DNA of 64,000 nt from Lama guanicoe (taxonomy: Eukaryota): NCBI GenBank assembly GCA_013239625.1, contig MU053754.1, forward strand, positions 1,655,966 through 1,719,965, in the 5' to 3' direction. A program made the position numbers and the translations under genes. The notes under the pieces are model-generated. The model was not told the DNA's origin. It was given only the letters and a program-made list of their open reading frames with translations, and made no database searches. Shown here one piece after another: positions 25,224 through 38,300 of the stretch (its first letter is position 1; each line of letters begins with the position of its first letter).

Positions 25224-25880
25224 AATTTTTTTTATTTTAACTTTATATATATATATTTTTTTTATTGTAGTAGAGTCACTTTACAATGTTATGTCAATTT
25301 CTGGTGTACAGCATAATAGTTCAGTCATACATGAACATACATATATTCGTTTTTATATTCTTTTCCACCGTAAGTTACTACAAGATACTGAATATAGTTC
25401 CCTGTGGTATAGAGTATGAATTTGTTGTTTATCTATTATAGATATATATTAGTATCTGCAAATCTCGACCTCCCTTTTTATCCCTTCCTACCCTCTTCTC
25501 CCACTGGTAACCATAAGTTTGTTTTCTATGTCTGTGAGTCTGTTTCTGTTTTGTAAACAAGTTTGTCTTCTTTTTTAGAGTCCACATATAAGTGATATCA
25601 TATGGTATTTTTCTTTCTCTTTCTGACTGGCTTCATTTAGAATGATGATCTCCAGATCCATCCATGTTGCTGCACATGGCATTGTTTTATTCTTTTTTAT
25701 GGCTGAGTAATATTCCATTGTATAAATACACCACAGTTTCTTTATCCAGTCATCTGTTGATGGACATTTACGTTGTTTCCATACCTTGGCTATTGTAAAT
25801 AGTGCTGCTATAACCATTGGGGTGTATGTATCTTTTCAAATTAGAGTTACCTCCCTCTGGATATATGCCCAGGAGTGGGA
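25224..25880 (-). mobile_element. Younger lineage L1, 5'-truncated (ORF2 C-terminus, 3' UTR, A-tail)
   Basis: ORF 25575-25817 (-) IAALFTIAKVWKQRKCPSTDDWIKKLWCIYTMEYYSAIKKN...WMDLEIIILNE matches the L1 ORF2p C-terminus; T-rich tail at 25224-25263. Confidence 0.92.
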
Positions 25881-26386
25881 CTCTGTAGATTTCTCTTTGC
25901 TCAGAACAAGTCTCTGAGTGTGGTGAGCTTGCCACATGGTGAGAGCCTACTTAGGAACCTTCCCCGACCTCTGCCCAGAGACAGGTTGGAGGGGAGAAAG
26001 GTGTGGGTAATAGACATCGATCCTCAGTTTTCCCGTAAGATCAGGATCGTGATGGATTGGTTGCCAGCACTCACCATGGAACCATCAGCGTGGAACTGTG
26101 TGGGAAGAAATTAGCTCAGAATCTGGAGGAGCTCCTCGCACGTACAGGGTCATGTTAACAGTGGGGAATTGTGCGTGAAGGGCCGCACTGGGCAGGCGAG
26201 GCGTCTGGGGAAGGGGCTGCCCCTGCAGGGCTGGGTCAGTGCCTGGACAACCCAGGATGCAACCACAGGGTGGTCATCCCCTTGTGCCCCCACCGTCTTT
26301 CATCTCAGAATCCCCTCCTCGTTTCTTTCATGGCACTGAGTTAGGCTTTGACCGAAGTTCCATCTTGGTTGGGATATACCTTAGCC

Positions 26387-26603
26387 CAGTGGTCCTCCAC
26401 CAGCGTCAGTTTTGCTCCCAGGGGACCCTGAACAATGTCTGGAGACCTTTCTGGTTGTTACAGATGGGGAGGGGTGCCGCGGCATCTAGTGGGTAGACAC
26501 CAGGCGTGCTGCCAAACGCCCTGTAAGGCAGAGGATGGAGCCCGCATGCCAACAAAGAATTCCCCAGCCCAACAGGTCAGTAGTGCTGAGGGCAGGGACC
26601 CTG
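26387..26603. mobile_element. MER20, full length, with degenerate 8-bp TSD
   Basis: cagtggtcctc...caatgtctggagac...ggcatctagtgggtaga...gtgctgagggcagggaccctg; flanks ccttagcc / ccttagta. Confidence 0.85.
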
Positions 26604-27764
26604 CCTTAGTAGCTTTGACTCTGGTGATAGTTTTAAATGAGCTACTTAGATTTCAATGAAGACTTGGTAAAGCTGAAGAACTAAGAACCCCATTAGACTT
26701 AAAAAAAGAAGTTCAGATATCTTTCCATCCTGTCATGCATTCCAGGGAAATAGGGAGTTTTCTAAAGCAAAGGATAAGCAAGATTTTTGGATGCAACTTT
26801 AGAGGGAAAAGAAATTCCAGTAGAAGTATTCATGTACAAATAAACAGCTTAATGACAATGTAGGCAGAAGTATGTGGGGCCACCCCTTGGCTTTGACCTG
26901 GGAATCACATTTCATAATTATCTGGTCCCCCAAGAACTGAGAAAGGAGAGAGAAGGATGCTGACCTGGAATAAAGACTCTTAAAAACTCTGAGTGTCTGT
27001 AATGGGAGGGGCTGCTTCCTGCACTCACCTTGTCATGGAAAGTGTTTCTAGACTGGCTGAGGGGTAGGGGGTGGGGGTGGCTGCTGGGAGCCTAACACTT
27101 TAGTGCATCTGCTTAGGGGCCCCTTGGTTTTGGTTTCTGTTGGTTTCTGTAGGGTTTTCAGTTGCTCCCCTGAATGTACACAGTGTGACGATAGCTGGCC
27201 CTCCGCCAGCACCCAGGGCTACACTCTTGCCTCTAACCTGCTTCATTGTTTTCTTGGACTGATCAGCCTTTGAGTCCCTCCAGAAGTTCAGGCCCCCTGC
27301 CTGGGCCCCAACCTGCACACCAGCCTGTCATCACTGTGCCTCTGGGGCAGGAGCCGCCCCTCCTCCCTGCAGCTCTGGTTTGTACCCTGGTGGTCGGGGG
27401 TGGGGGTGGGGGTGGGGCTCTTCCTCCCCACACTCTCTGCAGCCTGCTTTGCCTCCATGCCTTCCAAAGGGCAAGACCTCTCTGAGCAGATCCTGTTCCT
27501 TGATTCTTTTGTTTCTTTTGCCTGTCCTGAGCTCATGCCATCTTCCAGGGTGATACATAATGACACGCCAGTCTCCCTGACTTCAAGCAATGAGTTGTAA
27601 GTTCCTCCTCCCTCACAGAATAACCAATATTAACAGCCCTTTGTGTGACATCATAGATTCTGTTTCTGGCGTGTTCTCCTGTCCACGTGCAACTATGTAG
27701 CCTTGTGTTTTTATCTAAATGAGATCATATTACACTTGCTTGGCTCCATCTGCTTCATTTCTTT

Positions 27765-28255
27765 TGATAACTTTATTAAGGTACAATTTAAGTACGGTAA
27801 ACCCAGCACATAGAAAGTGTGCACTTTAGTCAGTTTTCTCGTACATCTGCTGTCTCGATTGTGGTGCTGGTTCCACAGACACGTGCATTTCAAGATAACA
27901 CGTGTTTCCATCGCTTCCAAATTTCCACGTGTCTTTCCGTCATCTCGCTCTGCCTCCCTCCAGCCGCCACCAGGCAACCATTGATCCACTTTCTATTACT
28001 ACGTAGGTTCGTTTGCATGTCCTAGAATTTTGTATCAGTGAAGTCGCACAATACGTAGTCATTATTTTCCCTGCCTTCTTCCACTCTGCCTGATGATTTG
28101 GGGTGTCATCCATGTGGTGTCCTGTGTCACTAATTCACTCGTTTTCACACCTGGGTAGGATTCCACTAGATATGGACGCACCACCGTGGTTGGACATTTG
28201 GGTTGTTCCCCTTTTTTTGGTTATTATGAAAAATGCTGCTGTAAATATTTTGTGT
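27765..28255 (-). mobile_element. Old L1 3' end (L1ME-like)
   Basis: ctttattaaggtacaattta...caggcaaccattgatccactttct...tggacatttgggttgtt...aatgctgctgtaaatatt. Confidence 0.75.
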
Positions 28256-28262
28256 GGCCCTA

Positions 28263-28440
28263 CCAGTGGTTCTCACCCTTCATCATGCACCAGAGGCCTG
28301 TGGCGGGTTGATGAAAATGCAGATCGCCAGGCCACATCCCCAGAATTTCTAGTAAGTAAATCTGGGCAGGGCCCAAGACCCTGCATTTGCAGCAAGTTCC
28401 CAGCTGATGCCAAAGATGCTGGTCTGCACTCCGCCTGAGA
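28263..28440. mobile_element. MER5A (hAT-Charlie)
   Basis: ccagtggttctca...aaaatgcagat...ccccagaatttct...tctgggcagggcccaaga...tgcattt...caagttcccagctgatgc. Confidence 0.8.
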
Positions 28441-29354
28441 GGTCTTTCTAGATTATGACTGCTACTCCTTTCTTACTTCTTCCAGATTACTTCTCTCCCA
28501 GACGGTTCTTTGTCTTGTGATGTTGCTCGTGGTGTTAATCACACAGCTTCCCATTTTTGTGTGGTTGAGTGTGTACATCTATCCTTCTGGCATCCTCATA
28601 TCAAGGGGTAATTACCAGGAATAGCTCAGGGTGGGGGGGGCACGCCTCTGTCACCCACACCTGGCCATGCCACCCAGTTGGACTCTTGCGGGATCTGACT
28701 GGTGCCCACTTGGCTGCTGCAGCCTGCTGGGGTCACCTTCTGAGGAGAGGGTCCATGCCTGGTGAGGCGAGCCGGGGCCCAGGCCCTGTGCCGGGGGTCC
28801 CCGTGATGCTGTCCCCTGGAACCTTAGGGCTGCCTTTCCTTTCACAGGGAATAACCTCCACCCCACCACTCCCACCAGAAGTGGCCAGTCCCAAGACAGT
28901 AAACGTGTTTTGTTTTCAGTATGCTTTTCAGGAGTCTAGTCTGAGTTGGCGAACTTGGAGCTGACGAAAGTTATCAGTAGATGTTCTCCGCCAGAGCCAG
29001 TGCGTTTGTTACAATTATTTCTTCATTTTTGAGGAGACATACTTTTATTTTAAAGAGTTGCTTTAAATTACTGAGGACTAGTCTTTTTGCAAAAACATCT
29101 TCCTAAATCTGATCACGAACCCCAAGTCTTCCCACTTTGCTCCTGAGTCCATTCCACAAACCACCTTGGGTCACAGTCCACCACTGACCTGTGCTCGTGC
29201 GTTTCAGAATCTGTACTCTGGAGGGGACTGGGGCGCAGGATTCCAGGCTCCTTAATTCAGCTCATCTCCGCAGGATGGTTACGTGTTTTAAAGTTTGCAC
29301 TGACTTGTAATTGTTGGCTAATGTCCCAGTTGTTTCTTCCTCTCCTTCTCTTCT

Positions 29355-29680
29355 GTTACATCTTGTCAAGATGTGACTTACATCCCATGCAACTCATTTG
29401 TCCAAAGTGTATAATTCAGTACTTTTCCTGCTATGTTCACAAAGTTGTGCAGCCATCATCACTGATTCTACAGCCTTGTCATCACCCCCAAAAGCAACCC
29501 CTTACCCATTAAGCCATGACTGCCCCTTCCCCTGTCCACCCAGCCCCTGGCGACCACTGATGTACTTTCTTTGTCTCTGGACATTTCCTGTAAGTGGATC
29601 TCACGATACATGGCCTTGGCCGCCCAGCTTCTTTCCCTCAGCATCCCGGCTTTGAGGTTCTTCCATGTCGTAGTGTGTGC
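29355..29680 (-). mobile_element. Old L1 3' end (L1MB-like)
   Basis: aagtgtataattcagt...ttcacaaagttgtgcagccatca...cagcccctggcgaccactgatgtactttct...tctggacatttc. Confidence 0.75.
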
Positions 29681-30399
29681 TATCCCAGTTTCTGGGTAAA
29701 CGTTTTGTGGAGCCTCTGGGTAAATCACGGAGGGCTTGGGGCTGGGGGTGGGGACTCAAGGTGGGAGAATGTTCCAGGATGGGTGAACCAGAGCTGCCCT
29801 TCTTGGATTACGTTGAGATGGAAAATGGTTCATGAATTGAGCAATGTTTCCAACGAACGCTTTCCAGTTCAGCTTCCAGTTGGGCGTAAACTGTCGTCTT
29901 CCTTCTGTTTCTCTTTGGTTCTTCCATCTTCTCTCCTAAAGAGCGACATAGGAAAAAACAGTTCTGGTCAATTAAAGCCACACCCGCTGACCCACTTTGT
30001 GCTGCATTTTTGCGTGGGGTTTAGAGGGTCCTGTCTTGGGTGAGACACAGGAAACCTGTATTTCCCAAGGGCGGGGGGTGGAAAGCAGGTTGCAGGTCAT
30101 GGGGCTCCAACCAGCCAGACTTCAGCTGCTTTCTGCAGCCTCCCAAAGCCACAACACCAGCTTAGACCGACACAGAATCGCTGACTTGTTTACTTTTCTG
30201 AATTTACAAACCTTCTGCCTGTGTGGGGCCATCGTTACCATACTGGGGTCAGGTGGGAGAATGTGGAGGCTGATTTTTGTCAAACTATCGATGGATGCAA
30301 CTTTCTGTGGTGTTTATGCCTACAACAGACGGCTTACTGGGGAGGCTGAAGGGCGTGTGTTTTCCCAGTTGACCTTATAATCGACGGTGTCGGTCTCCT

Positions 30400-30853
30400 A
30401 TCATTCCTGGGACACATGACCCCAGACTCACAGCTTAACTTTATTATCTTACAGTTGTGAGGCTCAGAAGTCTGGGATGGGTCTCCCTGTGTCAGGAGGG
30501 CTGCCGTCTTCTCCAGAAGCCCTTGGGGAAAACCCATTCCTGGCTCTTTCCAGCTTCTGGAGGCCTCCTGCGTGCCCTGGCTCCCGGCCCCTTCCTCCAT
30601 CTGCAGAGCTAGCAGCGTCACCTCTCTGACCATCCTCCTTGGTCACATCTCCCTCTGGCCACAGCCTGCAGAGATTACCTATGTTCAAGGGCTCCTGTGA
30701 TGGCACGAGGCCTACCCATATACTGGATCATTTCCCACCTCAGGATCCTTAAGTTTCTCACATCTGCAAAGTCCTTTCTGCCACATAAGGAAACATGGTC
30801 ACAGGGCCCAGAGATTAGGGCCTGGGCCCCTCTGGGGGCTGTTATTCTCCCTG
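30400..30853 (-). mobile_element. MaLR LTR, MLT1D-like
   Basis: tttattatcttacagttgtgaggctcagaagtctg...tccagcttctggaggc...cacatctgcaaagtcctttctgccacataagg. Confidence 0.8.
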
Positions 30854-30934
30854 CTCCCTGTTTCCTTTGTTTCTGTCTCTTAATTTGTTCCTCTGAAGCC
30901 CACAAGGTCTGTATGTTTATATAATATTGGCCGT

Positions 30935-31057
30935 TTGTGCTCCTGGCATCCAGAGGTGGAGACCAGGGATGCTGCTGAGCACCCTGCAGTACACAGTGCA
31001 GCCCCCACAAGGAATGGCCTGGCCTGGGTCCAGGTGTGCTGAGGCAGAAGAGCCCTG
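30935..31057. mobile_element. MER20 3' half
   Basis: gtgctcctggcatccagaggtggagaccagggatgctgctgagcaccctgcagtacacag...gtgctgaggcagaagagccctg. Confidence 0.7.
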
Positions 31058-32090
31058 CGCAAACAAGGCCGTCTGCAGGTGGCTCTCCTGCACTTGGCGT
31101 TTGAGGACCACGGCTCACAGGCCTGTCTCCACGGAGAAGGGCAGTTGGCGACCCTTTCCCTGTAAACACACAAAAGCCAGCTGAGGAAAAGGGAGTCATT
31201 TACCATCTCACAGGTAACTGCAGAGGCAGGTTAAAACCCAAGGGTCTTTTCTAGATCTCTGTGGTTTCTGTGACTTACTCTCATTTGCTTTGGACTGTAT
31301 TAATTCTTTAAGTTTTATTAATTCTTTACTTACGCACAACCTAATAAATAGGCCATTTATTTGGTGTTGAAAAATCTGTTTTTTATTAGGACATTTCCAT
31401 TTTGAGCTTAGTATTTTTTTTCCTCCAGGTGGCCTTTTGCCAACTATTTCTGTTACGCTTGTGTTTTCTTTTTCCTCACCAGCAAGACTGCAAGTGCTCC
31501 ATAGCAAAGATCATGCCTTAGATTTCCTTTCTGCTCCACGCCATAGCGAGCACTGGGTAATTACGGCTCAGTTGCTAATGGTATCCATTGCAATGTGCGT
31601 TGTGCTGTGTGGTTAAGGGTCATTTATCTAGTTTCCATGTACCAGCCTTTTATATCATACTATAAATTCTCTTTGCTGTCTTTGGGGCTGATGGTTAGTG
31701 TTGATGCTCGGTTGCTATGTGGCGAAAAGAAAGCTTTGACCTCATCAGAGGAAGGGAGCTGTGTCACTGAGAGGCTGACAGCCTCATTCCTCCTCTACGC
31801 ACGCGCCGTTTATTTTGGTGATTGAGATATTGGAGCTATGGAAAAAAAAATCAGGGTACATCACTTGCTGGCGGGACAACCAAAGTGCTGTGCGGTGAGC
31901 AAGTGAAAGCTTCTCTGTTCCCACCTTTATTGCGCACAGCAAGCAAGTAGAGATTTTCTCTTAAAAACCTGTCTGGGGAAGCATTTGCTCTGGAGGATCC
32001 TGTGACACCTGGAATTTGCTCTCATCAGCTCAGCCAGGTACCACCTCTTGGGGCTGCTAGCAAGTTATAGAAATAACTTTTTTAGGAAAA

Positions 32091-32218
32091 CCTTTTTCTT
32101 CCTTTCCCTTCCCTCCCCTTCCCTTCCCTCCCCTTCCCCTCCCCACCTCTCCTCTCCTCTCCTCTCCTTTCCTTTCCTTTCCTTTCCTTTCCTTTCCTTA
32201 CTTTTCTTTTCTTTTTTT
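32091..32218 (+). repeat. Polypyrimidine simple repeat, (CCCTT)n/(CCTCT)n/(CCTTT)n
   Basis: ~128 bp that are almost purely C/T. Confidence 0.95.
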
Positions 32219-32384
32219 GATTATGCTATGTTTAATCAAAACGGTTTTCCTTGAATGTGTCTTTGGTGCAGTGGTTGTGAGAGCCAGGCTTTTGTTCTTC
32301 TCGATTCCCTGTGTGAGAAAAGAATTTACTGGCTTACAGGAGGTAGGGAGAGGGTCAGGGCCCACAGAGGCAGTCCAGCTGTTC

Positions 32385-32735
32385 TTTTTTATTTTAATTT
32401 CATTTTTTAAAAAACTGAGATGTAATTGGCATATAACACGGCATTAGTTTATGGTGTGTAGCGTAGTTATATGTAAACATTGTGAAATGATCCCAATAAG
32501 TTAACATCGCTCACCCCATGTAGTTACACTTTTTTTTCCCCTTGTGATGAGAAGTTTTAAGATTTACTGTCTTAGCGACGTTCAAAGATATGCTGCAGCA
32601 TTGTTAACTCTAGTCGCCTTGTGTTCCGTGGTATCCGCAGCACTTACTTATTCGCTTTCTGGCTGGAAGTTTACACCTTTGTCATTCTTCACCCATGTCA
32701 TCACCCCCTCCGGCCACCTCCAGCTGTCCTGTCTC
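32385..32735 (-). mobile_element. L1 3' end (L1MA9-like)
   Basis: gagatgtaattggcatataaca...cattgtgaaatgat...tgtgatgagaagttttaagatttact...ctggaagttt. Confidence 0.75.
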
Positions 32736-35700
32736 TGGGGCATCATTTCTTTACCAGCTTTTTGCCTCGCTTCTCACCTCCTTGGCTGTGAGGACACCAA
32801 GTTGGTGTGTCTGACGATGCAGATGACCTAGAAAGTCACACATAGTGAGAGAGGAGGAGGAAATAGAAATCTGTGAACTAAATTAGGGGATGGGCGTGAC
32901 TTCCTTGCAAAATGAGAAAGGCCCTGAGCTGCCACATTTCCAGGTGCAAGTGTAGTAATTTCACATGTTGTGAGGCCACCAATCTGGGTAGTTTTTCCAA
33001 CTGTGCTTTTGTCTAAAACACAATCTACATTACATGAACCCACCTCTTGAAATTTAGCAGTTAGGAAACCCAAATCGGGTTTGGGGGAGGGAACCCCCAC
33101 CTCGTCAGACGTGAGCCCCCTCGAGTCACCTGGAGCTTCACCTGTGCTGAAGAAGTTATGTGAAAGGCACTGAGGAGGACACGAACTTCTCTTTCTGCCT
33201 GGTGTGCCCATATCAAGGCGCTCTGGGCACGATTCCTGCCACGCAGCGGAGAAGGACCTGTGTTATCGTCACGTGTCGAGCTTGGAGTGAGTGAGGGCGA
33301 GTGTGAAGGGGAGAAAGGAATGGAATGATGAAGCCACTCGGAATGCAGGGAGCATGTTGGAAGACGTGCTTTCAAGGACAAATAGTGAACTCCTGGCCGT
33401 GGGCTGGCTGTGTCATAGCCCATGCCTCAGACTGTGTGATGGAGGGACATCCTGGTGCTCATTTACTCCATCCTCCTTCCTATCAATGCCACGGGCCAGT
33501 GTCTCAACTCAACTTTCCGGAATACTCTAGGAACTCTCTATGTTCGGTGGAGGTGCTATTTCTCTACTTGCTTTGCCGTGTTTTACAGACCTGGGAACTG
33601 GTGTCTCCAGATTCCTTTGAAGCCCGTGTCACTGATCAGTGGTGATTTGCCCCGATTTTCCTGCGAGCTCTCAGTTCTTACAGGGTACCTGCCCTTGTGG
33701 TCCATCTCTGGAACGTGTGTAATGGGAAGTGAAGACTTTTAGAGATAAATGCATTCCCCTGCTTGGAAAACAGGGTAATTTGAGCCAGTACAAGTCAGTT
33801 CCTGACATTATCCGTGACTTCCTGGATTAAACCAAAGACCCATGTAATTTTTGTTGTTGTTGAATACCAAGCCTGATGTTTCCCTGGAAAGCGCCCTTGA
33901 ATAGGAGCAGAATTATTGAATTTTGGGCCTAATGCTATCATTGACCACCCGTGTGACTCTGGCCTCAGGAGAACGGAATCATCCTTCTGTTTCTTCTGTC
34001 AGCCGATGGCGTGGGCCGCATGCTCTCCAGGGGTCGTTCTAGCATGTGAGGTGATTCATCCATTTTCAAGACTGCCCAGAGCCCCTGATTTGATTTACTG
34101 GAACTACTCTTGTCACTCACAGTGGTGAGAATTGCATATGGCAAAACCCAGTGGCTGAAAAGCTGCCTTTAGAATCTTCTCTTGTCACCTTCTAGGGAAC
34201 ACTCTGTAATAATCATGTTCTCTGGAATGTTTAATGACTAAACTGCCTTGAATAGGAACCAGGAAAGGCCCGTCTTCCAGCAGATTCCATTCTGTAGGGT
34301 TGACTTAGAAGGAGGTCTGAGAGCATTTCCTGATTATCTAGCCAGGGGCATGTGACCTCATTAGTGGCCAGTTTGGACCCTGTTGGAGAAAATCGGGTTC
34401 AGACACTCAGTCTGAATAAAAGTAAGGAGTACAGTTACCTTTATCTCCCTCATCTTAGGTTTCTTTGGAAGATGCACAAGCTTGTACCATGGTGACAAGC
34501 ATCACATATGAGAGGACTTTTTTTTTTTCTTCCTGAAAAAATCTTCGGAGAATCAAGCCGTAGACTATTCAGCGTAAAACCAAAAGAAAGAAACAAAAAG
34601 CAAAACCAACAAAAAAACCCATAGTTAAATTTTTTGTATTATTAAAATATTTAGCTTGAGAATCTTCATTGAAAATTGGTCATCTCTGGACAGTTTGTTT
34701 AAATAGACTTTGGTGCCTTTTGAGAAGATTCCTTCCTGGTTGCCATGTGTGGTCCTTTCAGAATGTAGGTGAGATCAGTTCTCCAGGAAAGCAGACGTGA
34801 TAACCTGGCTCACTGTTAGGATGGCTTTTATCACAGAAGGACTTTCTACCTTCAGCCCTTGTTTTCTGCTTTGTTTGGTTTCTTGGAGAAGGTTTTTACA
34901 CCTGTTATTAGGGGAGTTATAAAATAGGAAGAAAGAGTTCACACACCGTGTTTTATAACCAGCATTTGCTCCTTACCCTGAGTATTGCATTTTGGCCATC
35001 CGTTTCCCACTTCCCAAGCGGAGCCTGGACCCAGGGCTTCTCTAAGAGCTCCTGAGAGGGGCTGGAGGGCCACTGGGACGGCCGAGGGGAAAGGTTTGTC
35101 TCTGCCTCCCTTCGTCTGCCGTTCGTTCTCTCTGGCTCCTGCCTTTCCGTCTGGAGCTGCCTGCCGTTGGTGTTCATTGGAACCAGGCTTCACCTGCGCA
35201 GAAGGGCTGTGGGCAGAGGGGCCGCGAGTAGAGTCAGAGAGCGTTGCCCTGTTGCCGAAGGTGTGGGATGGGAAAGGAGGGGGACGAGTGAGGTGAGCAC
35301 GGGGTAGGGGGTGGCGATGGGGACGTGTCGTTCCGCACGGGGACTGTATGGGATAGGAAGACACAGGCTGGGTTTAGGGGTTTCTTTAGGTCAAGTGGAG
35401 ACTCATGATGGTACATCTTTATCTAGCGTACGTATTCGGTTGATTTTCGGTATTTACGGTAAACGTAAAGTCGCTGAGACTTACTGATGCTTTGCTTCTC
35501 AGGGAAATAAATACAGAGTTAAGTTCCTGGGAGCCCAGGTCACAACTTTTTCATCAGCCAATCGCTGCTTAGCCTTGTTTTGCGTGTGTTTAAAGACACC
35601 GTATCTGTGTAGGTACTGTGGCTCCATCCACATTCAACTTGCGGTCACAGCCTGGTAGCTCCTGCCTGAACCAGACTTCTCCAACACACGCCTCTCTCCC

Positions 35701-38089
35701 TGGGGCACAGCTCTGCCTTCTTGGGCATCATCGTGCTCAGGGCCATTCCAGGCTGGAACGTTACCAACGAAAAGTGCAGAAATGTGAAAAACGGCGCCAA
35801 GAGGACCCTAGGAGGAACACTTGTTCACTGTCTGGGAACTGAAACAGGAAGGCAGCGTGCAGCCTCGTTCCACCTCAGCTGGGAACGTGTGCACCGGTAA
35901 CTCCATCCTTCCACTCCGAGTGAGGGTCCTTCAGATAGATATGGAATCCCCAAGTCATGAGGGCTGACTGTATGCGTGTACACAGTATGTGTCCCTGTGC
36001 ATCAGATACACACACATATTTCAGTTTTCAGGGATTTTATAAACTGAATACAGGCAGCATTATCATAGTGGTGTCCGCCAGGCCCTCTGGAGATGGAGGG
36101 AGAGGGTCAAGTGTCTTAATGGGGGAAGAGAGGTTGTGAGAGAGACACGGGGGACAGGATGGAGTAAGGAAAGCCTCAATACCTCGAAGTGTGTTTGATA
36201 AAATTTGAGCTGGCCAACCCGGGAGCTGTGGACAGAGCTTGCCTGTTTGCTGGAGGGAGAGATGCCTTGCTCAGTCCCGGAGCTGCTGGCAGGAACAGCC
36301 ACGGAGGAGGGGCAGGTGTGTTGTTTCTTGAAAGGAGATATGCACTTGGCACCTCCACGCTGTCACGGTTGTAAACCAAAAATTTTGACTTCAGTTTTAC
36401 ATATTAAAAAATTATTTTGCACACATACTCGTTTGAGCAGAACAACATCACCATTTCAGGTCAAAAGTTGTCAAGTCCATGTGATGGTTCAACTTAATAG
36501 AATCTTTTCAAGGTATAGTGATGCTTCAGATGAGGATAACATCTGTGTCTTCATTTGCTTGTTGAGAAAAGTTCACTGTACCTCATGTGAAACATGATTT
36601 GACCCTCTATGGAAGGCAGTCCCATTATCACGACTCACTGATGATTCTTGATAGTCAGGATGGCCCTCTCCCCAAAATTATGGTAGAAAGGGAACCAGGG
36701 TGTTAAAAAAATTGTTGGGATTATGAGTAGATGTTGCCTGTGCATATATATTTGAGGGTGTTTTAATCCATGAAAACGAGCTCTTCTGGGCAGCTCCTTT
36801 TCCTTCAGGTCTTGTGGGTGCTGGACGCTGAAATCCTGGACTACATGTCCATTACTCAACAGATGTTTTCAGAAAACACAAACGTACAATTACAGCTTCT
36901 GAAGTGATGGGAATATTCAGTACTGTTTGGTCAGCCAGTGTATAAATGGGGAGGAAGAAACCCAGCTATCACGCCCCAGAATCACAGTGTATAAAGTAAA
37001 TAATTTCTCAACTTGGTCTTAAAACCAAATACATACATTTCATTAAAAGAACCCAGCTAATAAAGGATGGGTGGCCTCCAGTGGTGGTAGAGTCAGTTTT
37101 TAAAAATTGAAAGTTCTTATTTGCAGTTCACATGGATAAGTTCTGTAAGCAAGTTGGTCTTTCCTGTTTCAGGCGAGACACATGCTTTAGAAGGCATTTG
37201 CCCTCTCCTGCATCCCTGGGACCGGACCATGTCTTTCAGCCAGTAGTCACCAGGAACACACACCTGTGGTTGGACAAGGTTGGGTTTGTTGATTTGCTGC
37301 AGTGAGGGGACCGTGGGCCATCCCAGTCAGAGGGTGCTCCGAAGACCTTAAAAGATTTGGGGCAGGGTTTAAGGAATCGGAGCCTTGTCTGAGATTGGTG
37401 GTCTCTGAAATTGTTCACTATCCAACAGGAGAACGCCACGGCTTGGCTGTGAGTGCCAGGCCGCCTCCCCGCTGCCAGCAGCCGCTTTCCTCTCTTTCTT
37501 GATACATATTTGATAGAGAGAATAGATGGGTGATTGATTGAATGGGTGTGTGTGTCTTAATGATCCCTCATTTTTAGTATCCTGCGTTGTAACAAGTGGA
37601 CGTGGCCCTGGTGTCATCTGTTAGCCATGATGCGGATGGAAGAGCAGCTGATTTCCTGCAGACCCTCATCAGAGAGGGAGGTGAAGGAAGGTTTGGGATC
37701 ATAGGAACATCAGGGAGCGGGATCATAGGAACATCAGGCTAATGGGAGGCTGGGCTGCAATAATGGCACTTCTTTGTGGTTGTATTTTGGGGTTTTGGGT
37801 GTATTCTTCTGGTGCTTTTGTGAATGGTATTTTCTTAATTTCATTTTCAGATTGTTCATTTCTAGTGTTGGCAGGATATTACATTTTACTGCAATAGGAG
37901 ACCTTTTTTCTTGCTAGTTACAGGAAAAGACTTTTTTTCCTGGTTCACTGCCTGTGTTTGTGGCAATGAGTTTTTATCGACTGGGAAGACCTTCACAGGG
38001 TTCATTCGTGTCCTTTGCTTCGCCATTTTTAGTCCTCCAGAGCATCCGTAACAGAGACTGTGTTAATAAAAATGTTTTTAATTTATGTA

Positions 38090-38300
38090 GTTAATTTTTA
38101 TTTGAAATGGTTTGTTCTGGTTAATTATAGACCACAAGAAGTTGCAGAAATAGTGCCAAGAGGTCTAGCTTCCTCCAACGGCGGCATCTTACATAACCTT
38201 AGAGCAACAGCAAAACCAGGAAATCGATATGGCGCAATACAGTGACCTCGTCCACAGTCTTTACTGGGAGTTCACCGGTTTTTGCATGTACTCATATGTG
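38090..38300 (-). mobile_element. Old L1 3' end fragment (L1MC/L1MD-like)
   Basis: cacaagaagttgcagaaatagt...catcttacataac...caaaaccaggaaat. Confidence 0.6.

Noticed and set aside
25575..25817. ORFs with clear protein similarity (also 9379-9633, 24656-25066, 49954-50172) as host genes
   Set aside because: They are L1 ORF2p C-terminal remnants in 5'-truncated elements.
25950..26260. Possible old LTR fragment
   Set aside because: GC-rich and LTR-like in feel, but I could not match diagnostic motifs to a family.
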